DNA of 64,000 nt from assembly GCA_963841205.1 (NCBI GenBank), contig CAWJCH010000031.1, positions 5,709 through 69,708 of the forward strand, written 5' to 3'. Numbering within the stretch: the first letter of the stretch is position 1; each line of letters starts with the position of its first letter. This stretch comes from an uncultured Chloroflexia bacterium (GTDB lineage Bacteria; Chloroflexota; Ktedonobacteria; Ktedonobacterales; JADMIN01). The position numbers and the translations under genes were made by a program. The notes beneath the pieces were generated by a model. The model was not told where the DNA came from. It saw only the letters and a program-made list of their open reading frames with translations, and did no database searches. Below, piece after piece: positions 10,261 to 19,281 of this stretch.

Positions 10261-10386
10261 GTGCGCGGCGTGTATCCAAGCATCGAAGTACTGGAGCGCA
10301 CTGCGGATTCCTACGGGGTGACAGTATCCGACCTCATGCACGGCGTTCGCATTCGCGGCGGTTGGCTAGCTAGCTACGAAATTTAG
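10261..10386 (+). pseudogene. Fragment of an XRE-type HTH gene
   Basis: GVYPSIEVLERTADSYGVTVSDLMHG matches the C-terminal half of HTH_3-type domains (P S.e.L.r.A...gv.v.dL). It is preceded by an in-frame TGA at 10252-10254 and has no intact N-terminal helix. Confidence 0.3.
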
Positions 10387-10437
10387 AGCGACGAGTGATA
10401 CGGAACTCAGGGTACTTAAAAGAGTTCATATCGGATG

Positions 10438-10469
10438 TCAACCCTGTGGCGCCGGCGCCACAGGGTTGA
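10438..10469. repeat. Perfect 32-bp palindrome (16+16, no loop): TCAACCCTGTGGCGCC|GGCGCCACAGGGTTGA
   Basis: Checked base by base. It covers the last 10 codons and the stop codon of the IS110 transposase. Confidence 0.95.
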
Positions 10470-11688
10470 TGGCGGCAGGATCGTAGGAGGCACCGGTACG
10501 GAGCAGATGGTAGATGACGGTGAGCCGCTTGCGCGAGAGGATGGTGAGGGCCTCCTTCTTGGCCCGCCCGCGGTCCAGCAAGCGCTGGTAGCGCGCGTGC
10601 CATTCGGGCCGGAAGCGGACCGCGACCAAAGTCGCCATGTAGAGCGCGTGGCGCAAGGCGCCAGGGCCGCGCTTGGACCGCCGCCGCTGGCCGGCGAAGC
10701 GCCCGCTGTCGTGCGTGCGCGGCTCCAGGCCGGCGTACGCCACCACCTGATCCACGCGGCAGAAGCGCGTGACGTCGCCGAGCTCCGCACGGATGGTGGC
10801 GGTCCAGGTCGGGCCTAGCCCAGGCACCTCGGCTTGCACCTGTTGGCTGGGCGGATCGTGGCGTAGCAACTCCGCCAGCGCGGCGTCCAGTTCCGCCACG
10901 CGGGCGTGCAGGTCGAGCAGGTGCAAGGCCAGGGTGCGCACGACGACCGAGCGCGCGGGGACCGCACGTTGACTGGCCGCCGAGTGCCGGGCGAGGTCCT
11001 GCAGCGCCTGCGCGTGAGCGCACGTCCAGCGGCATCCACTGACCTCGTCCAGCACCCGGCTCAGCGCGTCGAGTGGCGCCTGGGCGAACGCCTGGGCCGA
11101 GCTGTAGGTGCTGAGCAGGCGCAAGACCGCCGCGGCGCCCAGGTCGGCGTGAGCGGGCAGGTGGCCGACCAGTTCGGGGAAGACGGGCACCAGCTCGTCG
11201 TGCAGGCGCTGGCGTGCCGCGCTCTGGCTCGCAATCAGGTCACGGCGGGTGCGCGTCAACGTTCGCAGGGCTTGGACCGTCTCGTCGGGCACACTGCTCG
11301 CCCGTGCCCAACCAGCCAGCAGGCCACGTGCCAGAGTGTGGGCGTCGATGCCATCGGTCTTGGCACGCAGCCCTAAGCTGGCCGCCCACGACGCCGTCTG
11401 GTGCGGGTTGAGCAGCACCGCGACGTAGCCAGCGTGGCGCAGTGCGTCGTAGAGCGGTTCCCACAGACTGCCCGTCGACTCCAGCCCGATCCACAAGGCC
11501 GTCGGGTGATCCGCTCCCGCGGTCCACTCCTGCAGCCAATTGATCAGTTGCCCATAGCCGTCGGCCGTCGCCGGGATCGGCGTGCTCTTGAGGCGCACGA
11601 TGCCACTGGGCGCTTCCAGCGCGCAGACGACATGCGCAGACTTGGCTACGTCGATGCCCACAACGTAGCGGATCTCGGGCGGCAACAT
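10438..11688 (-). CDS. IS110-family DEDD transposase/recombinase
   Basis: AGGAGG lies 5 nt upstream of the ATG at 11688. N-terminal DEDD motifs (YVVGIDVAKSAH, GLESTGSLWEPL, KTDGIDAHTLA). C-terminal Transposase_20-type region (VPGLGPTWTATIRAELGDVTRF, YAGLEPRTHDSG, RRSKRGPGALRHALYMA). Confidence 0.9.
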   Translation of the reverse strand: MLPPEIRYVVGIDVAKSAHVVCALEAPSGIVRLKSTPIPATADGYGQLINWLQEWTAGADHPTALWIGLESTGSLWEPLYDALRHAGYVAVLLNPHQTASWAASLGLRAKTDGIDAHTLARGLLAGWARASSVPDETVQALRTLTRTRRDLIASQSAARQRLHDELVPVFPELVGHLPAHADLGAAAVLRLLSTYSSAQAFAQAPLDALSRVLDEVSGCRWTCAHAQALQDLARHSAASQRAVPARSVVVRTLALHLLDLHARVAELDAALAELLRHDPPSQQVQAEVPGLGPTWTATIRAELGDVTRFCRVDQVVAYAGLEPRTHDSGRFAGQRRRSKRGPGALRHALYMATLVAVRFRPEWHARYQRLLDRGRAKKEALTILSRKRLTVIYHLLRTGASYDPAAINPVAPAPQG

Positions 11689-12204
11689 GCCATCCTCCTG
11701 TTCACTCGGCTCACCGAGCGCTGTGGACGGCTGGGCCAGCCTGGCAGCCACCTGGCCTCCCGGGCGCGGTCCCCTTCGCCATGGGCGCTCACTGGGCTGC
11801 GGTTGCAGGTGCGGTGCGCTACACCCAGGGCGCAGTCGTTCGGCCATCGACCGTTCGCTGACGAGAGGCAGGCACGGCAGTCTTTCAAAGTCGGTCATGC
11901 CGAAGGGTGAAACAACGACCGTTTCCTGCCAGTTCTCCGGGTAGAGGCCCAGCCAACTCCCTACCCCAACTCCAATATAGAAGGGCGAAGCATTGAAAAT
12001 CAGCGCCGCTCGCAGATGCGCGCCGCCCGTTCGCAGAGCCTCCCGGTGGTGTGCCCATCCGCTCCCGCCCGTGGCCCGCATCTTGATGCTCCCCCACGTG
12101 TCTGCCCGTCCAGCCGCGACCGCCACCGGTCCATGCTGCGCGTGGCAGCGCGCGGACACCGTTGCGGAGGATGGTTCACGCTAGGTCGATGGGGAGTCGG
12201 CACC

Positions 12205-13683
12205 ATGAAAGCGCGTGCCCGAACTGCAGGACTACTCGGCATCGCGGCTGGCGCCGGTCTGGCGGCGTGGGCCAGATCACGTCGCAGGCATGGCTCTGCT
12301 GGCAACGAGGCCCATGCGAGCGAAACCGCCGCGGAATACGCCCGTTCGCGGCACCGTGTGCTCATTCTGGGCGCCGGCTTCGGAGGCCTCATGACCGCGA
12401 GGACGCTCGCGGCTCGCCTGCCTCTCGCATCGGGCACCAGCGTCCTCGTGGTAGATGAAGACAATAGCATGCTCTTCACCCCGTTGCTCTGGACCGTCGC
12501 CGAGGGTAGGGCCGAATCGGATGACGTGGTCGTGCCCATCCGCGCCTTCCAGCGCCACCGGGGCTACCACGTCCTCAAGGCCGCGGTGCTCCGGATAGAC
12601 CTGGAGCGCCGCGTCGTGTTCACGACGGCCGGCGAGCGCCCGTATGACACCCTGGTGATCGCCGCGGGCAGCCTGACCGCCGTCCCCACCTTGCCCGGGC
12701 TGCGCGAGCATGCCCACGTCTTCCACACCCCCGCCGACGCGATCGAGCTACGCAACCGGCTCATCGACGCCGTGGAGGCGGCCCACGCCGCGGACGATCC
12801 GCAGGAACGGCGTGAGTGGCTCACCTTCGTCGTGAGCGGCGGCGGCGACACCGGCGTCGAGTTGGCCGCCGTCATCTCTACCTACCTGCACAGTGGCCTT
12901 TTCAAGGAGTATCCCTGGCTGGCCCAAGAGGACGTGCGTACCGTGCTCGTCGGACGGGCGGCCCGGCTCATGCCGATGAGCGACGCGCACACTTCTGAGA
13001 TGGTGCGGCGCGTGCTGCACGGCGAGGGCATCGAGGTGCATGCCGGCGTCTCCGTCGTAGGCATGTCGCCGCACGCCGTGCAGACCTCTGACGCTGCAAT
13101 CCCCGCCCGCACGGTGTTCTGGGCGGCGGGCATTAGCGCGCCAGCACTCGTTCGCGACCTCCCCGGGCGCCACGCACAGAACGGCGCGCTCGTCGTGGAC
13201 GACCATCTGCGCCTCCCCGAGCACCCCGAGGTCTACGTGGTGGGCGATTGCGCCTGGGCCTTCGACGCCGTGACCCACGCCGCGGTGCCGCCCACAGCGC
13301 AGGCCTCCGAGCACATGGGCGCGTACGTCGCGCGCTGCATCGCCGCCGGCTTCGACGGGCGGCAAGCGACGTCGTTCCGCTACGCGCCGCGTGGCCACCT
13401 CGCGCTCCTCGGCCGCCGCACCGGCGTCGCCCGCGTCGGCCCGCTGATCTTCGTCGGCCTCCCGGCGTGGCTGATCTGGCACGGCTACTACCTCAGCCAT
13501 ATCCCCTCCTGGCGCAATCGCGCGCGGCTTCTCCTCGACTGGACCCTCAGCGCCGTCGCCGGTAGCGAGACCAGCGAGATCCGCCTGGGCCGCGACGAGC
13601 CGATGCCCGTTGCCCAGGCCGCGCAGCAGGCGCCAGCCGGCGAAGTGTCCGAGCGGCCGAGTCCGGCGGCCGTCGGTCCGTGA
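12205..13683 (+). CDS. ndh: Type II NADH dehydrogenase (NDH-2) / pyridine nucleotide-disulfide oxidoreductase
   Basis: GGGGAG RBS. Two Rossmann GxGxxG motifs (RVLILGAGFGGL; FVVSGGGDTGVELAA) and VYVVGDCA, followed by a C-terminal membrane-associating segment (IFVGLPAWLIWHGYYL). Confidence 0.85.
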   Translation: MKARARTAGLLGIAAGAGLAAWARSRRRHGSAGNEAHASETAAEYARSRHRVLILGAGFGGLMTARTLAARLPLASGTSVLVVDEDNSMLFTPLLWTVAEGRAESDDVVVPIRAFQRHRGYHVLKAAVLRIDLERRVVFTTAGERPYDTLVIAAGSLTAVPTLPGLREHAHVFHTPADAIELRNRLIDAVEAAHAADDPQERREWLTFVVSGGGDTGVELAAVISTYLHSGLFKEYPWLAQEDVRTVLVGRAARLMPMSDAHTSEMVRRVLHGEGIEVHAGVSVVGMSPHAVQTSDAAIPARTVFWAAGISAPALVRDLPGRHAQNGALVVDDHLRLPEHPEVYVVGDCAWAFDAVTHAAVPPTAQASEHMGAYVARCIAAGFDGRQATSFRYAPRGHLALLGRRTGVARVGPLIFVGLPAWLIWHGYYLSHIPSWRNRARLLLDWTLSAVAGSETSEIRLGRDEPMPVAQAAQQAPAGEVSERPSPAAVGP

Positions 13684-14147
13684 CCGCTGCCAACCAATGG
13701 TCCCGATACCAACAGTCGCCGGCATCGCACCGGCCTTTTGCCGACTCCTCGGCAGCGACGCCTGCTTCGCCGAGATACCCATCCTCGCTTCGCCGCCGAG
13801 GACGACGAGTAGTCCAGCAGCATCGTGCCCGAATCTGATCAGAGGAGTGGCGCGTCCTGCTGCATCCGCTCGGATGTGTCTCGCGACGCATGCCATTTTG
13901 GCCGCGGACGGTGTGGCTCTCCGGAGATGCCTCGATCGGGAGTACGCTCGGCGCTCCAGGCCGCGGCATGCCCTAAGGAACAACATCCTAGTCCGATTCG
14001 GAATCAGGCGTTGTGCTCCAGCAGGTGTCGGCGGTGATGGGCGAGACTGTGAATGCCGTAATTGGGTGGCACGCTTCCGCTCCCTCACCCGCGACGATGC
14101 ATACCTACCGATAACGTTAGCCAGGTCATGCCCGCCTCGTTGGTCGC

Positions 14148-14903
14148 TCATGTTCTCGGCTTGGATTTGTTGAACCACTCTTCAAAAGTGGTGGAACCAA
14201 TGCGTGGACTCGCTCCGGGAGTGAGCGATTGATCGTTCAGCACGTAGCCGTAGTAGCGTGCATTGGCATCTGCTAGAACCTGGCGTGAGTCGCCCGTTTT
14301 GATCAAGAACTGCTTCATCAGGTCAGCCAGGCTGACACGTTCAGGACCGGCAACTTCGACGATGTCATTCACCGGAGGACTCATGGCAATGTTGGCCAGG
14401 GTTGCCGCCACGTCATCGGCCGCAATCGGCTGCACCAGTGCAGGAGACACGTGCACCGTTTGTCCGATCGTGCCTTCCTGTGCAATGCTGCCCAAGAACT
14501 CGAAAAACTGGGTTGAACGGAGAATCGTGTAGGGGATGAGCGATTCCTCGATCAGGTTTTCCTGCGCCATTTTCGCACGCATGTAGCCGCTTTCCTGGAG
14601 ACGGTCCGTGCCGACGACCGACAACGCGACGTGATGTGTGACGCCGGCCTTCCCTTCAGCAGCCACGATATGACGCCCCGAAGTTTCAAAGAACTCCAAC
14701 ACTGCCTTGTCCTCGAATGAAGGCGAGTTTGTCACGTCGACAACGACCTGGGCGCCCGCCAGAGCAGCATCTAAGCCTTCTCCGGTGACGGTATTCAGCC
14801 CAGACGCGTGTGAGGCCGACACCACATCTTGGCCTTCCTGACGGAGCAGAGTGACGAGCTTCGAGCCGATGAGCCCACTGCCGCCGAGCACAACTATCCT
14901 CAT
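14148..14903 (-). CDS. NmrA-like / atypical SDR NAD(P)-binding protein
   Basis: [17 protein letters not shown] Rossmann start, with NmrA-type length and pattern. It is visibly AT-richer than its surroundings. Confidence 0.8.
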   Translation of the reverse strand: MRIVVLGGSGLIGSKLVTLLRQEGQDVVSASHASGLNTVTGEGLDAALAGAQVVVDVTNSPSFEDKAVLEFFETSGRHIVAAEGKAGVTHHVALSVVGTDRLQESGYMRAKMAQENLIEESLIPYTILRSTQFFEFLGSIAQEGTIGQTVHVSPALVQPIAADDVAATLANIAMSPPVNDIVEVAGPERVSLADLMKQFLIKTGDSRQVLADANARYYGYVLNDQSLTPGASPRIGSTTFEEWFNKSKPRT

Positions 14904-14940
14904 GGTGAACTCCCTTTCGGTTGCTGCAACCAGTGCTGTG

Positions 14941-14970
14941 GCCGCATCTCTCCTCTTGGAGAGATGCGGC
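14941..14970. terminator. Perfect 13-bp stem / 4-nt loop hairpin (GCCGCATCTCTCC tctt GGAGAGATGCGGC)
   Basis: Checked base by base. It lies between the left end of the IS5-like element and the SDR start codon. There is no U-tract, so its function is uncertain. Confidence 0.35.
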
Positions 14971-15000
14971 CACAGATTACACGCTGATCTGCCAGCAGAC

Positions 15001-15982
15001 CATATGCCACATGTGCGGGATGCACCACTCTTCCGTAAGCGTCTTGTAGCAGGTCCTGATCCGCTCAGCCACGCTACCCTTCTGGTGGCCCAAGCGCATC
15101 CGCAAGCCCAAGGACCGAGGCGGACGTAGCATCGTACCGCCTGGCGGAGCAGGATGAGGATGCAGCCGAGCTGGACGAAGCCGAGGTAATTGAGCGCGTG
15201 GTGTTCGTAGCGGACGACGAGGCGGCGGAAGTTGCCGAGCCAGGCGAAGAGCCGCTCGACCTTCGAGCGGCGACGGAGGCGGCCAGCGGACGACCATCCT
15301 GCGTCTTGGGACGCGTGCGTCCGCGGCGATGGGGCGCGATCAGCTCGATGCCGAGCGCGGCGAGGCCGTCATCCAGTGGATCAGCATCGTACGCGCGGTC
15401 ACCGATGAGGCGCTCGGGCAGCGCGTTTACGAAGCGGGAGTCGAAGGGTGGCAGCGACGAGGGCGCTCTCGTGAGGCGAGGCCGAGGCGGCACAGACGGC
15501 GAGCGGAAGACCGGCGCGGTCTGCCACGGCCATGAGCTTCGTCCCTTTGCCGCGCTTGGTCGGCCCCACGCATCCCCCCCTTTCTTGGCCACGATGAACG
15601 TGCCGTCGATGAAGCACTCCGCGAGGTCAACCTTCCCACGCTCCTTCAGGTCGCGGGCGAACGCCTCAAGCACCCGCTCCAACGTCCCGTCGCGGACCCC
15701 GCGTTGGAAGCATCGGTGGAAGGTCTGGTACGGCGGATACCCTGCGGGCAGCTCAGCCCACTGCGCCCCGGTCCGCAGGATCCATAGGATGCCATTGAAG
15801 ACCTCGCGGCTGCTGCGCCACGGCCGACCGCGTCCGTCTGCACGCCGCGGCATCGTCCCCAGCGCTGGCTCCAACACCGTCCATTGCTCGTCCGTCAGAT
15901 CCATCACTGCATCCTCCTGGATGCAGCCTACCATCCCTTTATGAGATGGCCTGTGGAACTAGAACATGTGCTATGGCATATG
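15001..15982 (-). mobile_element. IS5-family (IS427/IS1031-like) insertion sequence
   Basis: Terminal inverted similarity: CATATGCCACATGTGC at 15001 versus GCACATGTTC..CATAGC..ATATG read inward from 15982. Encloses the transposase reading frames. Confidence 0.6.
15074..15904 (-). pseudogene. IS5-family DDE transposase with three frame breaks
   Basis: MDLTDEQWTVLEPAL..GRPWRSSREVFNGILWILRTGAQWAELP (DUF4096-type N-terminus). The sequence continues as KRGKGTKLMAVADRAGLPLAV, then LIGDRAYDADPL, then [20 protein letters not shown], only by switching frame at about 15577 (a C7 run), about 15445 and about 15285. Confidence 0.75.
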
Positions 15983-16362
15983 CCTCTGTATGTGCGTAGG
16001 ATGCGATTCTGGCGGTTTGATTTGGAGATAGCCGTGTACTCGTTTCTGTTGCGTCACGCAACGTGGCGAGGCTATGGCGTGCGCAGGGGAAAGCCGTGAA
16101 GGTCGGCCAGATCTTTTGGCCGCTGATCGTCTGGCTGCTCTCGCACATCTGACCCAAAATCGAGCTATCTATCCATGCTGCTGAGAGTTGTGGACAGATA
16201 GCTCGCATCTTATGCGGTTTGTTCACCATGCTCGCGGCGGTGACCAAACCGCATAACTTTGCCCGACTCAGGCCACTCGCTAGGATGCGAGTGATACCGT
16301 GTCGCGCCGAAGTGTTGTCGTTTGTCACCTCGTCACGTCGCGAGCCGTCAGATGAGCTGATA

Positions 16363-16518
16363 CTAGGTCATCCTCGGTCCTTTCCTTTTGAAGATGCGAC
16401 GCGGCCACCAGGGGAAGAGGGTGGCGGAGCGGACGAGCTCGGGGTAGCCATGGATGGCGAGACAGCGCTCGGCTTGGACGTCCTCGAGCTCGTCGATGGT
16501 GGCCTTGTCGCTTCTTGA
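16363..16518 (-). pseudogene. 3' remnant of an IS630-family transposase
   Basis: Translates to ..ATIDELEDVQAERCLAIHGYPELVRSATLFPWWPRRIFKRKGPRMT*. This is collinear with the C-terminus of the intact copy at 17121..18248 (SIEELENAQAERCVALQGRPDLIRSTTRFPWWPLRI). Confidence 0.6.
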
Positions 16519-16764
16519 TGCGTTGAGAGCTCCCCGGTGGGCATGGATCGTGCAGCGGATGAGGCCAGGGCGATGCTGGAGCGTGTTATGACCTGCCCTT
16601 GAGTGGCCTATTGCTGCTCTGGTGTGAGCGAAAACAGGGGTGGTTGGCGCCAGGTTCGTCGTCGTACCCGTATCCTACCGCGATTCTACCGCCTTTCGGG
16701 CAAGTTCATGACACCTTCTTAGACGAAGAAAGCAACAAAAGAGCGAGAAAGAACGGCCAGCGCT

Positions 16765-17124
16765 ATGAGTTTCACCCAGACGCTCGAATCCTCGAAGGTC
16801 GAGGCGATACCGGCACCATTCCCCAACACTAAAGGGGCTGTCACGCTGAAGATTTTGAACGCGGACCAGTCCTTGGGTCCTGCAGTGGCCCTGCTGAGAA
16901 TGGAGCCGGGGAGCGAGATTGCACGACATCTGCACGAGCGCACCACGGAAACGTCGTACGTCCTTGACGGTGACTTCATAAACGAAGGCACCTCCTATCC
17001 GGCGGGCACGGAAATCAATATCAAGCCGATGACGGCTCACGGTCCCCATACGACGAAGAATGGCTGCTCCGTCCTGGTCACGTTCAGCTATCCGTCTGCT
17101 CTCGATGACTTCACATTGGCCTAG
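16765..17124 (+). CDS. Cupin-domain protein
   Basis: GSEIARHLHERTTETSYVLDGDF...PMTAHGPH fits the two-motif cupin barrel. The region is AT-richer. Confidence 0.7.
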   Translation: MSFTQTLESSKVEAIPAPFPNTKGAVTLKILNADQSLGPAVALLRMEPGSEIARHLHERTTETSYVLDGDFINEGTSYPAGTEINIKPMTAHGPHTTKNGCSVLVTFSYPSALDDFTLA

Positions 17125-18248
17125 CCGTCTGGGGACGGAAACTGGCCCAAGCGGGATCTGAAATCACGTTGCCTCGGCCCTTGCCGATTCTTGATCCGCA
17201 GCGGCCACCAGGGGAAGCGCGTCGTGGAGCGGATGAGGTCGGGGCGGCCTTGCAGGGCGACGCAGCGCTCGGCTTGGGCATTCTCCAACTCCTCGATGCT
17301 GGCGAAGTGCCGAGTGACCAATGCGGTGTTCGTCAGCGGCCACAGATGTTCGGCTGGCTGCAGCTCCGGGGAATAGGGCGGCAAGAAGAGCAGATGCATA
17401 TGCTCGGGCACGCGCAGTCGTATGCTTTTGTGCCAGCCGGCGCGGTCCAAGACGAGAATGATCTGCTTGGTGGGACTGGCGCCGACCTGGCGGGCAAAGG
17501 CGGCTAACTCCACTTCAGAGAGGGCAATGCTGACCGTCGAGGCCAGATGAAAGACGGTTCGCCCCGAGGCGGGATGCACGAAGCCGACGAGGTAGCGCCA
17601 CTCGAAGCGATGCTGGACCGGGGCCAGCGGGCGCTGGCCGTCGAAGCACCAGACTTTGCGCAGGATCGGCTTGAGGCCAATACGGTGTTCGTCGACTGCC
17701 CACAGCTCAACCCGCGCGTGCGGGAAGGCGGTCGCCACCCGCCGCAGCAAGGGGCGCATGCGGACCTTAAACTCAGCTTGGGCCATCGCGTCAGCCCACA
17801 CGTAGCGAGGCCGGGGTTTCAGCCAGCGGGCGCCGAGCCGTCGCAGGTACCGCCAGCCCAGTTGGCGGCGGACCTGACGTCCCAGACGCTGGCTCAGCCA
17901 GGCGGCCACGGTCCGCCCGCACCAGCGGTCGCCGTCGGGATGCGGGCTGGCCACAGCCGCTTCCAAGTCTGCCAGGTGGGAGGCCGGCAGGGCGGGGCGC
18001 CCGGCACACAGCGCGTGGCGACGGTCTCGCATGCCCTCGGGACCGTCGATGTTGTAACGCCGGGCGATGTGGCCGATCCAATACGCGGAATAGCCGGTCA
18101 CGGCGGCCACGGCTGCCGCCGTCATGCCGCCAGCCAGCAGCCAGAGGAAGTGCCAGTGGCTGCGCTCGACTGGATCCGCTGTGCGGCGATAGCGATCATG
18201 GAGTTCGTCGTCGGTGAGGTGAGGTTCGAGGTGGATGCGTCGTGGCAT
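17121..18248 (-). CDS. IS630-family transposase (single intact ORF)
   Basis: Winged-helix N-terminus and a DDE_3-type core (LWAVDEHRIGL, ILVLDRAGWHKS, LLFLPPYSPELQPAEHLW). Confidence 0.85.
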   Translation of the reverse strand: MPRRIHLEPHLTDDELHDRYRRTADPVERSHWHFLWLLAGGMTAAAVAAVTGYSAYWIGHIARRYNIDGPEGMRDRRHALCAGRPALPASHLADLEAAVASPHPDGDRWCGRTVAAWLSQRLGRQVRRQLGWRYLRRLGARWLKPRPRYVWADAMAQAEFKVRMRPLLRRVATAFPHARVELWAVDEHRIGLKPILRKVWCFDGQRPLAPVQHRFEWRYLVGFVHPASGRTVFHLASTVSIALSEVELAAFARQVGASPTKQIILVLDRAGWHKSIRLRVPEHMHLLFLPPYSPELQPAEHLWPLTNTALVTRHFASIEELENAQAERCVALQGRPDLIRSTTRFPWWPLRIKNRQGPRQRDFRSRLGQFPSPDG

Positions 18249-18307
18249 GCCCCCGTTCTACAACTACACGCCGCGACGTCGTATGAGACACCTTCCTAGG
18301 CAGGAGC

Positions 18308-19234
18308 TCAGGCTGCGAGATAGCCAGCCTCAGCAAGGCGGTCCAGTAGTAGGTGGAAGTAGATCAGACCGCCGTAATCCTGCCACCCGGCCAGGGCCTG
18401 GCGCACGCTGGTGTATGTCAGGGACTCGCTCAGGTGCAGCCAGTGTTGCAGGTGGTTACGAGCACCGACATCGTCACCTGGGAAGACATGGACTCGCCCG
18501 AGGCCACGGAGCAGCACATACTCCGCCGTCCAGCGCCCGACGCCCCGCAACTCGCGCAACCGTGCCGCCGCGGCGGCATCGTCCAGATCCGCCAGCCCTT
18601 CCAGATCCACCTGGCCTCCCGTGATGGCACGGGCCAGGGCGACGATCGCCTGACCTTTCTGGTGGCTGAACCCGAGCGACCGCAAGGTCCCCGGTTCCAG
18701 CGTGGCAAGGTCCGCTGGCTGAGGAAAGGCATGCGCAGACCCACCCGGTGCGCCGAGCGTGACGCCATAGCGCTCGGCTAATCGATTGAGCAGGTGAATG
18801 CCCTGGATGAGGGTAATTTGCTGGCAGGCGATGCCATTGACGAGTGCTTCGAACACCGTGGGAAAGCGCGGGGGCTTCATCCCGCGAAAGCGTACCACTA
18901 GGGGACCTAGCTGTGGATCGGCGGCGGCGAAGTGGTAGAACGTTGTCAGGTCTATGCGGAGGCCGAGCAGGCGCTCTAGAGCGAGCGTGAGAGGCCCTTC
19001 CAGCCCGGGGGCGAGTCGGATGCCAGTGCCCGTGATGTGCAGCCGTGGCTGATCCGGCGCACCCACCTGAGTCACCGTCACCTCGACGATGGAATCCGCT
19101 AGGGTGAGGGTGCGCTGATAGGCTTCGCCGTCCCATCTGTCCACGGCATTTTCGGGGCGGCGGCGCAGCGTCCAGGCTGAGAAGTCCAGCCGGAAAGGCG
19201 CCACAGGATCAAGCGCAAACGAGACGGTGCTCAT
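18308..19234 (-). CDS. DNA-3-methyladenine glycosylase II (AlkA-like, HhH-GPD superfamily)
   Basis: AlkA-type N-terminal domain, then FEALVNGIACQQITLIQG and the HhH-GPD segment LRELRGVGRWTAEYVLLRGLGRVHVFPGDDVG. Confidence 0.8.
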   Translation of the reverse strand: MSTVSFALDPVAPFRLDFSAWTLRRRPENAVDRWDGEAYQRTLTLADSIVEVTVTQVGAPDQPRLHITGTGIRLAPGLEGPLTLALERLLGLRIDLTTFYHFAAADPQLGPLVVRFRGMKPPRFPTVFEALVNGIACQQITLIQGIHLLNRLAERYGVTLGAPGGSAHAFPQPADLATLEPGTLRSLGFSHQKGQAIVALARAITGGQVDLEGLADLDDAAAAARLRELRGVGRWTAEYVLLRGLGRVHVFPGDDVGARNHLQHWLHLSESLTYTSVRQALAGWQDYGGLIYFHLLLDRLAEAGYLAA

Positions 19235-19281
19235 AGTTCAGTGACCCCAATTGGTTGATGCGTTCGCTTCAATCCGTCGCT

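Larger units (their letters stand above)
10438..12000 (-). mobile_element. IS110-family insertion sequence (minimum extent; true ends not determined)
   Basis: DEDD-type transposase plus a 5' non-coding flank of at least 300 nt with no credible ORF. The element sits between a degenerate HTH fragment and the ndh-like gene. Confidence 0.6.

Noticed and set aside
10078-10341. An 87-aa ORF on the minus strand, coupled by an ATGA overlap to 9818..10081 as a possible toxin-antitoxin pair.
   Set aside because: The translation is His/Pro/Arg-rich and unlike known antitoxins. The opposite strand carries a recognisable XRE HTH fragment over part of the same DNA. There is no RBS and no support for a TA call.
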